DNA of 64,000 bases from Spirochaetia bacterium (GTDB taxonomy: Bacteria > Spirochaetota > Spirochaetia > SZUA-6 > Bin103): assembly GCA_965208065.1 (NCBI GenBank), contig OZ242313.1:4382369-4446368 (forward strand), read 5' to 3'. The first letter of the stretch is position 1; each line of letters begins with the position of its first letter. The notes beneath the pieces are model-generated. The model saw only the letters and a list, made by a program, of their open reading frames with translations. It was not told where the DNA came from and did no database searches. The position numbers and the translations under genes were made by a program. Positions 10,203 to 18,369 of the stretch are shown here, piece by piece.

Positions 10203-10577
10203 TCACGCGCGCAGGCATGGCACGTCGTAGCGGGGGATCGTGCCGTCGCGGGTCACAATGGTCAGACCCTCCAGACCAGCTTGCGCGATCTGGATGCGGT
10301 CGAACGGATCGGCATGGATCGACGGCAGTTCGGCAACCGCCAAAGCGTGGCGGACCGTGATCGGCAGGTGCTGAAACCGCTCCTCTTCAAGGGCGGCTTC
10401 GAGATCGTCGGGAGCCTCCAGCTTGCCGAGCTGACGCTTGATGGTAATCTCCCAGGCCACCGCCGCGCTCACGAACACCCGGGTGCGCGGGTCGGCGATG
10501 AGCCTGCGGGAAGGCGTTTGCAGCGACGCCGGATCATCCAGCCACCACAGCAGAACGTGGGTATCGAGCAACAGCAT
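10203..10577 (-). CDS. vapC: PIN-domain toxin VapC
   Basis: 124 aa; 'LLLDTHVLLWWL' N-terminus and acidic residues of PIN; immediately downstream of the antitoxin. Confidence 0.85.
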   Translation of the reverse strand: MLLLDTHVLLWWLDDPASLQTPSRRLIADPRTRVFVSAAVAWEITIKRQLGKLEAPDDLEAALEEERFQHLPITVRHALAVAELPSIHADPFDRIQIAQAGLEGLTIVTRDGTIPRYDVPCLRA

Positions 10578-10587
10578 GATTGGCGAT

Positions 10588-10827
10588 TCAATCGTGGCGG
10601 CCGGAGAATGCGTCCGTCAGTTCGGCCGGCAGTTCGTCGAAGTCGGTGGCGATCCGAACCCGTCCGCGCCACTGGCCACCGCGCCTCGGCGCTCCGGCAT
10701 CCTGGTACGCAATGAGCTTGGCCACCGGCTTGCCCGCCTTGCCGATCACGATCTCTTCACCGCGCCGGACGCGCTCCACGAGACGCGAGAAGTTGGTCTT
10801 GGCCTGATGAATGTTCTGGATCTCCAT
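10588..10827 (-). CDS. vapB: Phd/YefM-family antitoxin (VapB)
   Basis: 79 aa; 'IQNIHQAKTNFSRLVERVRRGEEIVI' is a classic Phd/YefM N-terminus. Confidence 0.8.
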   Translation of the reverse strand: MEIQNIHQAKTNFSRLVERVRRGEEIVIGKAGKPVAKLIAYQDAGAPRRGGQWRGRVRIATDFDELPAELTDAFSGRHD

Positions 10828-10880
10828 AGACTAACGTTAGTCCGACAAGTCAGAGAAGGGCAAGCGCAGATGACCGGAAC

Positions 10881-11855
10881 CATGATCTCCAGGATGGTCG
10901 GGAACAGATCCTCGTGCTGCACGAAGCCGTCCACCGTGGCGCCGCGCTGCAAACCGGGGCCGGCTATGGTCAGCGGCACCCGTACCGCGGCGTCGTAGTG
11001 GCGCTCGCCCTTGCCGGTGAAGCCGTGGTCGAGCAGCAGCTCGCCATGGTCTGCCACCAGGATGAAGTATGCATCGTCCAGCCGTCCACGCTGCTCCAGG
11101 GCGGCCATCACCCGGCCGAGTTGATCATCCAGGTGAGCCAGATCGGCGAAGTAGTAGTGGCGGGTACGGCGCCAGTCGTCCGGGATGGCGCGGTGTGCAC
11201 CCTCGCTGGTGGCGAAGCACTCCGGCGCCAGCGGATCGCCCACCCACTCTGCCGGCGCCGGCGCCGGTATGCGGTCCGCGGTTACCCGGTTCATGGTGGC
11301 AGCCGGCGGACAGAACGGCCCGTGCGGCTGCACGTAGCTCGCCTGCAGCAGGAGCGGCGTGTCGGGCGCGGCGCCGCGCAGAAAGTCCATACCGTGGCCG
11401 GTGATCCACTCGGTCTGCGACACCTCGGCCGGGAACGGCAGCGTGTAGGCGCGCGGCGTGTTGTGCGGGTACTCGGGCGTGGCCCACTGGAACGCGCCCC
11501 GGACCGCCTCGATCCGCTCCCTCAGGTTCTCGCGCCGCGGCCCGTAGGCAGCAAACTCCGGTACGTGGCTCGGCCAGATGGTGGCCAGCACCGCGTCGAA
11601 GTGGTCCGGATGCCGTTCCGCCACCCAGTCCAGCCACTCGCCGCCGCGCGCGTCTTCGGTGACGTGCGCGACGTCGAACCCGTAGCGGGTGTAGTCGGGG
11701 TACAGCCCGGCGAAGTGGGGCCGAAAGTGCACCTTGCCCGCCACGCCGGTGCGGTAGCCGGCGCCCTGCAACAGGCTCATGAAGGTCGGCAGCGCCGGAT
11801 CGAGGCGGTAGCCGTTGGTCAACACCCCGTGCCCGCGCGCCGACAGCCCGGTGGC
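10881..11855 (-). pseudogene. sulfatase (alkaline-phosphatase superfamily) remnant lacking the N-terminal CxPxR active-site region and the C-terminus
   Basis: Internal ~325 aa of the minus-frame ORF matches sulfatase blocks ('GYRTGVAGKVHF', 'ADHGELLLDHGFTGKGERHYDAAVRVPL', 'DLFPTILE'). Upstream sequence is antisense of a dppC fragment; downstream runs into vapB. Confidence 0.7.
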
Positions 11856-12275
11856 TACTTCGCCATCACCATCATCCTCGGCATCATCGGCTGGTCGCAG
11901 TTGGCGCGCGTGGTGCGCGGCAAGCTGATCAGCCTGCGCGAGGAGGACTTCGTGATGGCCGCCAGCGTGGCCGGGGCAACCAAGGCCAGCATCATCTTCC
12001 GCCACCTGCTGCCGTCGTTCATGAGCTACCTGATCGTCAGCCTGACGCTTGCGGTGCCCAACATGATCCTCGGCGAGACCGCGCTGAGCTTCCTCGGACT
12101 CGGCCTGCAGCCGCCGGTGGTGAGTTGGGGCGTGCTGCTGCAGGACGCCCAGAACCTGCAGTCGTTGGCCAACCACTCGTGGCTGCTGATCCCGGGACTG
12201 TTCGTGGTGGTCAGCGTGCTGGCCTTCAACTTCGTGGGCGACGGCCTGCGCGACGCCGCCGACCCGTACCGGTAG
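11856..12275 (+). pseudogene. 3' fragment (C-terminal ~139 codons) of a DppC/OppC-type permease paralogue, no start
   Basis: Translation 'YFAITIILGIIGWSQLARVVRGKLISLREEDF...FNFVGDGLRDAADPYR' aligns residue-for-residue with the C-terminus of dppC at 2041-2478. By eye the nucleotide identity is roughly 85% with the same stop context. Confidence 0.7.
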
Positions 12276-12521
12276 GCCATCCGGTTCGCCGCCGTGCCCG
12301 TACACCTGAGGCGGCAGGCAGCAAGGCGGGCCGGATCACCGCTGCCGGTCGAGCCAGGTGCGCAGGAGGGAGCCGCCCCTGCTCGGCGCGGACGCGCTCG
12401 AACAGCCGTTCGACCTCCGGCTCCACGGTGTGGTCGGTCCGGACGGCGATGCCGCGGCCGGCGCCGCGCGTGGCCCCGGCGACCACGGCAACCTGGCCGG
12501 CAAGCGGAAGGTGTGGCCCGT

Positions 12522-13967
12522 TCATCCGCCGGTTCGAGCCGCCGCCGGTGGCCAGGCCGAGTTCAGTTCGTGGATTGCCAGCGAGACGAGGCGCACGCTC
12601 CCGCCCTCGGCGTACAGCTCCAGCGGCATGTCGCAGGCGGCGGGCAGGAAGCAGAACGATGCCGACACCAGGCCGGCGGCGGCGAATAGCTCCAGCGAGG
12701 TGCGGTCCACCAGGAGCTGCAGGCGCAGGCAGCCGTCGCCGTCGCGGGGCGCCGGGAACGGGTGGCCGAGCCAGGTGAAGCGGGCGGCCGCTACGTCGTA
12801 GCGCAGGTCGTGGCCGCGGACGCCGATGCCGAACGCCGCGGCGTCGCCGGGATCGATCACCGCTTCGACGTGGAACAGGTCCCAGGTGGTGTCCGGCGCC
12901 AGGTTGCGGTACTCGGTGGCGATACGGCTCTGCCAGCCAGGTCCGTGCACATGGTACAGGTCGTGCCGATTCGGGCCGGGGCTGAGCCGGTGCTCCTGCC
13001 AGCGCAGCGTGCGCCGGTGCAGGAGTTCCAATTCCTTCACCGGTTGCCGGCACAGCCGCAGCCCCTGCGGCGTGGTGCGCAGGGTCAGCTCCACCGGAAA
13101 CGACATCTGGCCGTTGAACGGCATCGCCGGGAAGTGCCCGTTGCGCATCCACGAGATCTGGATGCGGCGGCCGTCCTCCGTTGGCACGTCGCTCCAGGTC
13201 TGCGCGGCGTAGCCGTTGGCACCCATCTCGCAGCGCAGCGCCGGTGTCTCCGGCGTGAAGGTGGTTCCGTCGAAGCTGCCCAATCGATACACGCCGGCGG
13301 CACCCCAGAATACCCAGCGGGTGTCGCCCGGGTCGCCGTCCACCGGCAGCTCGAACAGGTCGGGGCATTCACCGGTGTCCGCCACCTCCAGGTCGCACAG
13401 GTGGCGCCATCGTTTCAGGTCGGGCGAGCCGTACAACGCGAAGTCGTTGCCGTCCAGGAACAGCGCCATGATCCACTGCCCCGTGGCTGCGTGCCGAATC
13501 ACCTTGGGGTCGCGGTTTTCGGCGCGCACGTGGCCGAGTACCGGGTTGCCGGAGTAGCGCCGGAAAGTGCGCCCGCGGTCGGTGCTGTAGGCGATTGCCT
13601 GCACGCACGGGGTGGCGCCCGGCTGGTTGGGCCGCGGCGCGCCGAAGCCGCCGGTGGTATACACCGCCACCAGGGCCCGCTCGCCGCCGCCGGCGAACCC
13701 GGTGCTGTTGTCGGTGTCCACCACCGCCGAGCCGGACCAGATGAAGCCGTACTCGTCGGGCGCGATGGCGGTGTCCAGTTCCCGCCAGTGCACCAAATCG
13801 GCGCTCACCGCGTGCCCCCAGGAGTTGGCGGCGTGGTTCATGAATCCCGGCGTGTGCTGAAAAAACAGGTGGTATTCGCCGCGGTACCAGACCAGCCCGT
13901 TGGGGTCGTTCATCCACGAGTGGCGCGGGCTGAAGTGGAACTGCGGGCGGTGCAACTCGTCGTACAT
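12522..13967 (-). CDS. glycoside hydrolase family 32 (beta-fructofuranosidase/levanase-type)
   Basis: 481 aa from the internal ATG (GAGGA RBS 8 nt upstream). N-terminal 'HFSPRHSWMNDPNG' GH32 catalytic signature plus downstream RDP and EC motifs. Confidence 0.85.
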   Translation of the reverse strand: MYDELHRPQFHFSPRHSWMNDPNGLVWYRGEYHLFFQHTPGFMNHAANSWGHAVSADLVHWRELDTAIAPDEYGFIWSGSAVVDTDNSTGFAGGGERALVAVYTTGGFGAPRPNQPGATPCVQAIAYSTDRGRTFRRYSGNPVLGHVRAENRDPKVIRHAATGQWIMALFLDGNDFALYGSPDLKRWRHLCDLEVADTGECPDLFELPVDGDPGDTRWVFWGAAGVYRLGSFDGTTFTPETPALRCEMGANGYAAQTWSDVPTEDGRRIQISWMRNGHFPAMPFNGQMSFPVELTLRTTPQGLRLCRQPVKELELLHRRTLRWQEHRLSPGPNRHDLYHVHGPGWQSRIATEYRNLAPDTTWDLFHVEAVIDPGDAAAFGIGVRGHDLRYDVAAARFTWLGHPFPAPRDGDGCLRLQLLVDRTSLELFAAAGLVSASFCFLPAACDMPLELYAEGGSVRLVSLAIHELNSAWPPAAARTGG

Positions 13968-14030
13968 GTCGGAATCCTCTGGTTGGTATGTTGACGGGAT
14001 TTCACCGGCGACTATAACATTGCGGCTTAG

Positions 14031-14600
14031 ATGTCGGTGCTCGAAACCATTGCCGAACGGCGTTCGATATTCGATTTCCAGCCCACGGCGGTGCCGCGCG
14101 AACGGCTGGAACGCGCCCTGCAGGCGGCCGTATGGGCGCCCAACCACAAGCTCACCGAGCCGTGGCGCTTCATCGTGGTGGGGCCGGAGGCCAAGGACCG
14201 GCTGTGCCAGGTCTACGCGCGCATCAAGCAGGACGACGTGAAGGCCGACATCGAGCCGCAGGCGCTGCGCGAGATTGGCCGCAAGACGGTCAAGAAGCTG
14301 ATGAGCAAGCCGACGGTAATGGCGGTGACCTGCGCCGTATCGGGCGATCCGTTCCTCGACCGCGAGGACTATGCCGCCACCTGCTGCGCCATCCAGAACA
14401 TCATGCTGGCCGCCTGGGAAGACGGCATCGGCATGCAGTGGAGCACCAGCGCCCTCATCGAAGATGCCGAGGCGCTGTCGATCCTGGGCGTCGATCCCGA
14501 ACGCGAACGGGTGGTCGGCCTGCTGTATGCCGGCTTCGCCGAGCGGGTGCCGGTCTCCAAGCGCAAGCCGGCCGCCGAAGTCACCACCTGGCTGGACTGA
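14031..14600 (+). CDS. nitroreductase family protein
   Basis: 189 aa; 'RRSIFDFQPTAV' nitroreductase N-terminus. Confidence 0.85.
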   Translation: MSVLETIAERRSIFDFQPTAVPRERLERALQAAVWAPNHKLTEPWRFIVVGPEAKDRLCQVYARIKQDDVKADIEPQALREIGRKTVKKLMSKPTVMAVTCAVSGDPFLDREDYAATCCAIQNIMLAAWEDGIGMQWSTSALIEDAEALSILGVDPERERVVGLLYAGFAERVPVSKRKPAAEVTTWLD

Positions 14601-14706
14601 ACCGTCCCCCGCCGCACCGCTGCCTAGGCTCGGGAAACCGTTAACCGGTGCCGATGCTACATTCATGGACACCTTGTTCGCGCTCCGCCGTGGCGAGCGC
14701 ATAGTC

Positions 14707-16398
14707 ATGCCCCGGCGGCGTTACCGGTCGTTGCTCGTCGTTCCCGTACTCGCACTGCTGGCCGGCTGTGGTGGATTGACCTCCGTTCCCACGCCGCCCG
14801 CGCCGGCTACGGCGCACCTGTACTGGACCGACGCCGGCACCAACACGATCCAGCGCGCCAGACTGGACGGCACGCAGGTCGAGAATCTCCTGCCGCACGG
14901 CCTGATTGAGCCGTACGGCATCGCGGTGGCCGTGGCCGGCGGCAAGATCTACTGGAACGACTGGGAGGTGGGAATCCAACGCGCCAACCTGGACGGCTCG
15001 GGAATCGAGACCCTGGTGCGCAGCACCCGCACGAACGGCCTCGCCGTCGATACCGCCGGCGGCAAGGTCTACTGGACCGACTACGGCGCGAACATGATCC
15101 GGCGCGCCAACCTGGACGGTTCGGCGGTCGAGGACGTAGTCATCACTTCCCTGGACAATCCCTACGGCATCGCGCTGGACGTGGCCGGTGGCAAGGTCTA
15201 CTGGACCGATTCCGGCACCGAGAAGATTCAGCGCGCGAACCTGGACGGCTCGCAGGTGGAAGACCTGGTGACCCTCGGCGTGAACAACCCGCGAGGCCTG
15301 GCGCTCGACATTGGCAGCGGCAAGATGTACTGGACCGACCGCAGCCTGGGCACGATCAAGCGCGCCAACCTGGACGGAAGCGAGTTGGAAGACCTGGTGA
15401 CTCCGGCGGCGCCGGGAGTGTCGTTCGCCCGTCGCGACGGCTTGGCGCTGGATGTGGGCGCCGGCAAGATGTACTGGACCAATCAAACGCTGGACAGGAT
15501 CCAACGGGCCAACCTGGATGGCTCCGACATCGAGGATGTCACGGACGATGTGGAAGCACCCTATGAAGTCGCGTTGGACGTTGCCGCCGGCAAGATGTAT
15601 TGGACCGACCTGAACAGGGGAATCCAGCGCGCCAACCTGGACGGCAGCGGCGCGGAGTTGCTGGTGGCCATGGGCATTTACGATCCGCGCGGCATTGCCG
15701 TGGATGGCAGCGGCGGCGCGATCTACGCGGTCGACGCGTACCCGAGCGAAGCGAAGCCGAACGAGATTCGGCGCTTCAACCTGGACGGCACCGACGGCGA
15801 GGTGCTCGCCCTGCTCGGCATGCGCGGCGCCCTGGCGATTGCGCTCGACGTGGCCGGCGGCAAGATCTACTGGACCGCCCCCAACCGCGACGATCCCAGG
15901 GAAGAAGCCAAAATACAACGCGCCAATCTGGACGGTACCGGTGTGGAGGATCTACTGACCGTGGCGGACGGCCTGGTCAGTCCGCAGGGCATCGCCGTGG
16001 ACGCCGCCGCGCAGCGGCTGTACTGGACCGACCCGGGAACGGCCAGCATCCGGTCCGCCAACCTCGACGGCAGCGACGTGCAGAACCTGGTGACCGCCGC
16101 CGACGGCCTGGAGAATCCGCAGGGCATCGCCGTCGGCGGCGGCAAAATCTACTGGACCGACCGGCGCACCGACAAGATCCAGCGCGCCAACCTGGACGGC
16201 AGCGGCATCCGCGACCTGGTAACGGGCGGCCTGTCCAATCCGCAGGACGTTGCGCTTGATGGCGAGGACGGCAAGCTGTACTGGACCGACTGGGGCACCG
16301 ACAAGATCCAGCGCGCCAACCTGGACGGCACCGCGGTCGAGGACGTAGTGAACAGCGGTCTCGTCGATCCCTGGGGAATCGCCCTCCACCGCCGCTGA
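14707..16398 (+). CDS. lipoprotein with 12 YWTD (LDL-receptor class B-like) beta-propeller repeats
   Basis: Signal peptide with lipobox 'LLAGC'; 12 copies of a ~43-aa unit 'GGKIYWTDxxxxxIQRANLDGSxxExLV...PxGIALD'. Confidence 0.8.
   Translation: MPRRRYRSLLVVPVLALLAGCGGLTSVPTPPAPATAHLYWTDAGTNTIQRARLDGTQVENLLPHGLIEPYGIAVAVAGGKIYWNDWEVGIQRANLDGSGIETLVRSTRTNGLAVDTAGGKVYWTDYGANMIRRANLDGSAVEDVVITSLDNPYGIALDVAGGKVYWTDSGTEKIQRANLDGSQVEDLVTLGVNNPRGLALDIGSGKMYWTDRSLGTIKRANLDGSELEDLVTPAAPGVSFARRDGLALDVGAGKMYWTNQTLDRIQRANLDGSDIEDVTDDVEAPYEVALDVAAGKMYWTDLNRGIQRANLDGSGAELLVAMGIYDPRGIAVDGSGGAIYAVDAYPSEAKPNEIRRFNLDGTDGEVLALLGMRGALAIALDVAGGKIYWTAPNRDDPREEAKIQRANLDGTGVEDLLTVADGLVSPQGIAVDAAAQRLYWTDPGTASIRSANLDGSDVQNLVTAADGLENPQGIAVGGGKIYWTDRRTDKIQRANLDGSGIRDLVTGGLSNPQDVALDGEDGKLYWTDWGTDKIQRANLDGTAVEDVVNSGLVDPWGIALHRR
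14800..16390 (+). repeat. coding tandem repeat, ~129 bp x12 (YWTD blades)
   Basis: Periodic recurrence of aacctggacggc / tactggaccgac at ~129-bp spacing in the DNA. Confidence 0.75.
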
Positions 16399-16417
16399 GA
16401 TCTGCGCCGCGGGCGCG

Positions 16418-17335
16418 CTACGACGGCTTGAGTTCGCCGAGAGCGTATTGGCCGCGCGCGATGCGCTCGCGGCTCTCGATGCCGCCGTAGCCGGAGTCGG
16501 GGCGGAAGCCGATCAGGTCGAGCAGCTCGGGCGTGGCGCCGGCGAGCACCTCGTCGGAGACGCCCATCACCAGGTTCTCCTGCTGCCGGAACTGCCAGGC
16601 GCAGAAGTTGGTGGTAAGGCCGATGCGCGGCTGGTCGGTGTGGTTCTCGCCGGTGGAGTGCCACACCCGCCCGTCGAGTGCAATGAAACTCCCCGCCGGC
16701 GCCTCCGCGGCGACCCATCCGGCATCCTCGTCGAGTTCGTGGTCGGGCTCGCGCCCGCACAGGTGGCTGCCCGGCACCACGATGGTGGCCCCGTTTTGCG
16801 CCGTGAAGTCGTCGATGGTCCACATGATGTTGCACACGCACGCCGGGGAGATGGCGGCGGGGTGCATGCCCTGCTCGCCGGTGCGGTGGTGGCCGCGCGT
16901 GTCGTCGCGGTCCATGTCGCCGGGACGCAGCAGGGTCTGCCGGGCGGCGTTGGTGGGCGGCGGCATCCACCACTGGTCGGTGTGGAACCGGGTGGCGCCG
17001 CCCGGCAGGGCGAGGTGGCCGTTGTAGGAGGACAGCAGGTGGCGCGGTCCGACCACGTGCGCGACGATCCGGCGCATCACCGGGTGGAACAACAGGTCGC
17101 GAAACCCCTGCCCCTTGTTGAGCAGAAACGAAACGAGCTGCTTGCGGTCGCCGAGGATGCGCTCGATGCCGATTTGCGCCTCCGCTTCGGCCTGCTCGAG
17201 CAGGCGCGCTCGTAGCGCATCCGCCGCTGCCCTGCTGATGGCATTTTCGACGATGCAATAGCCGTGCTCGTCCAGGTGCGCTTTTGCGTCCGCGAGTGCG
17301 GCGGCAGTGGATACCGTGTCGGTCGTCGTCTGCAT
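16418..17335 (-). CDS. phytanoyl-CoA dioxygenase (PhyH) family protein, paralogue 3
   Basis: PhyH pattern (HTDQWW ... WHSTGEN); start assigned to the internal Met (MQTTTD...). Confidence 0.8.
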   Translation of the reverse strand: MQTTTDTVSTAAALADAKAHLDEHGYCIVENAISRAAADALRARLLEQAEAEAQIGIERILGDRKQLVSFLLNKGQGFRDLLFHPVMRRIVAHVVGPRHLLSSYNGHLALPGGATRFHTDQWWMPPPTNAARQTLLRPGDMDRDDTRGHHRTGEQGMHPAAISPACVCNIMWTIDDFTAQNGATIVVPGSHLCGREPDHELDEDAGWVAAEAPAGSFIALDGRVWHSTGENHTDQPRIGLTTNFCAWQFRQQENLVMGVSDEVLAGATPELLDLIGFRPDSGYGGIESRERIARGQYALGELKPS

Positions 17336-17454
17336 GCCTCCTGTCGTGACACAGGTCGCGGGACCTGTCAAGAATTCCGCGCACGCCGGCCGGTTGCCCG
17401 CTTGGGTCAGGGTATGGCCGCTCCGGCCGGGTGCGGCTACTATGGGCGGCGAAC

Positions 17455-18297
17455 ATGAACGATAATTCAGGAAAGATTGCGGTGGTGATCGGGGCCACCT
17501 CCAAGTGGCAGGCGGATGGGCGCAACACCCTGATGGTGCACGGCAGTACGCTCGACGACAGCGGCCTGCCGGTGGGCGTGCGCTGGGGTGTGGGCGGCGC
17601 GGTGGCGCAGAAGTTCGCCGCGGAGGGCTACTTCACCGTACTCACCACCCGCCGCGCGGCCAACGCGGCCGCGCTCAAGGCGGCGATCGACGCCCAGGGC
17701 GGCGAGTCGATGGTCGTGGAGCTGGACCTGGTTTCGGAGGGCTCGATCGCGCGCGCTTTCGGGACCGTTCGCCGCGAGGTCGGCGAGCCGGACGTGGTGG
17801 TGTACAACGCCGGCTACCTGGAAGGCCGCGAGCTGCCGCCCGGCCAGGAACTGATCGAGCACATCCCCACCGAGATGTTCGAGACCGCCCAGAATCTGGC
17901 CAGCCGCGGTCCGTTCCTGGTCGCCAAGGAGGTGCTGCCGCCAATGCGCGAGCGCGGCTCCGGGTCCTTCCTGCTCACCAACAACGCGTCGTCGCTGCGC
18001 GGACGCAAGCGGCTCACAGGCCAGTCGCTCTACTACCCGCGGGTAATGATGCGCAACCTCGCGCAGGTGCTCACCGAGGAATACTCCGAGCACGGCGTGC
18101 ACGTGGCCAACGTCGTGATCGACGGCCTGATTGACTCACCCGGCACCCGCGCCCTGCCGGCCGCGCAGGAGCGCCCCGAGACGGTAATCAACCCGGTCAA
18201 GATCGCCGAGGCATTCTACTACCTGCATACTCAGGACCGCTCCTGCTGGACCCACGAGTTGCAGCTCACTCCATCCGCCACCCCGCCGAGCTACTGA
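17455..18297 (+). CDS. short-chain dehydrogenase/reductase (SDR)
   Basis: Glycine-rich N-terminus 'KIAVVIGATSK', 'NAG' motif, Tyr/Lys active-site region. Confidence 0.85.
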   Translation: MNDNSGKIAVVIGATSKWQADGRNTLMVHGSTLDDSGLPVGVRWGVGGAVAQKFAAEGYFTVLTTRRAANAAALKAAIDAQGGESMVVELDLVSEGSIARAFGTVRREVGEPDVVVYNAGYLEGRELPPGQELIEHIPTEMFETAQNLASRGPFLVAKEVLPPMRERGSGSFLLTNNASSLRGRKRLTGQSLYYPRVMMRNLAQVLTEEYSEHGVHVANVVIDGLIDSPGTRALPAAQERPETVINPVKIAEAFYYLHTQDRSCWTHELQLTPSATPPSY

Positions 18298-18369
18298 TCC
18301 CAGGAGCGAGACCCGCTCACGACCTAGGGCCTCCGGCAGCGCCCGTTCGTGGTCGGCCATCATCTCCTC

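Noticed and set aside
10914-11855. 5' part of the 453-aa plus-strand ORF 10914..12275
   Set aside because: Only its last ~139 codons (11856..12275) are DppC-homologous; the remainder is the antisense of the sulfatase remnant and has no start context
12226-13368. 380-aa minus-strand ORF and several 100-400-aa plus-strand ORFs overlapping the GH32 gene
   Set aside because: They overlap or lie antisense to a gene carrying the WMNDPNG GH32 signature; translations are Arg/Pro/Gly-rich without motifs
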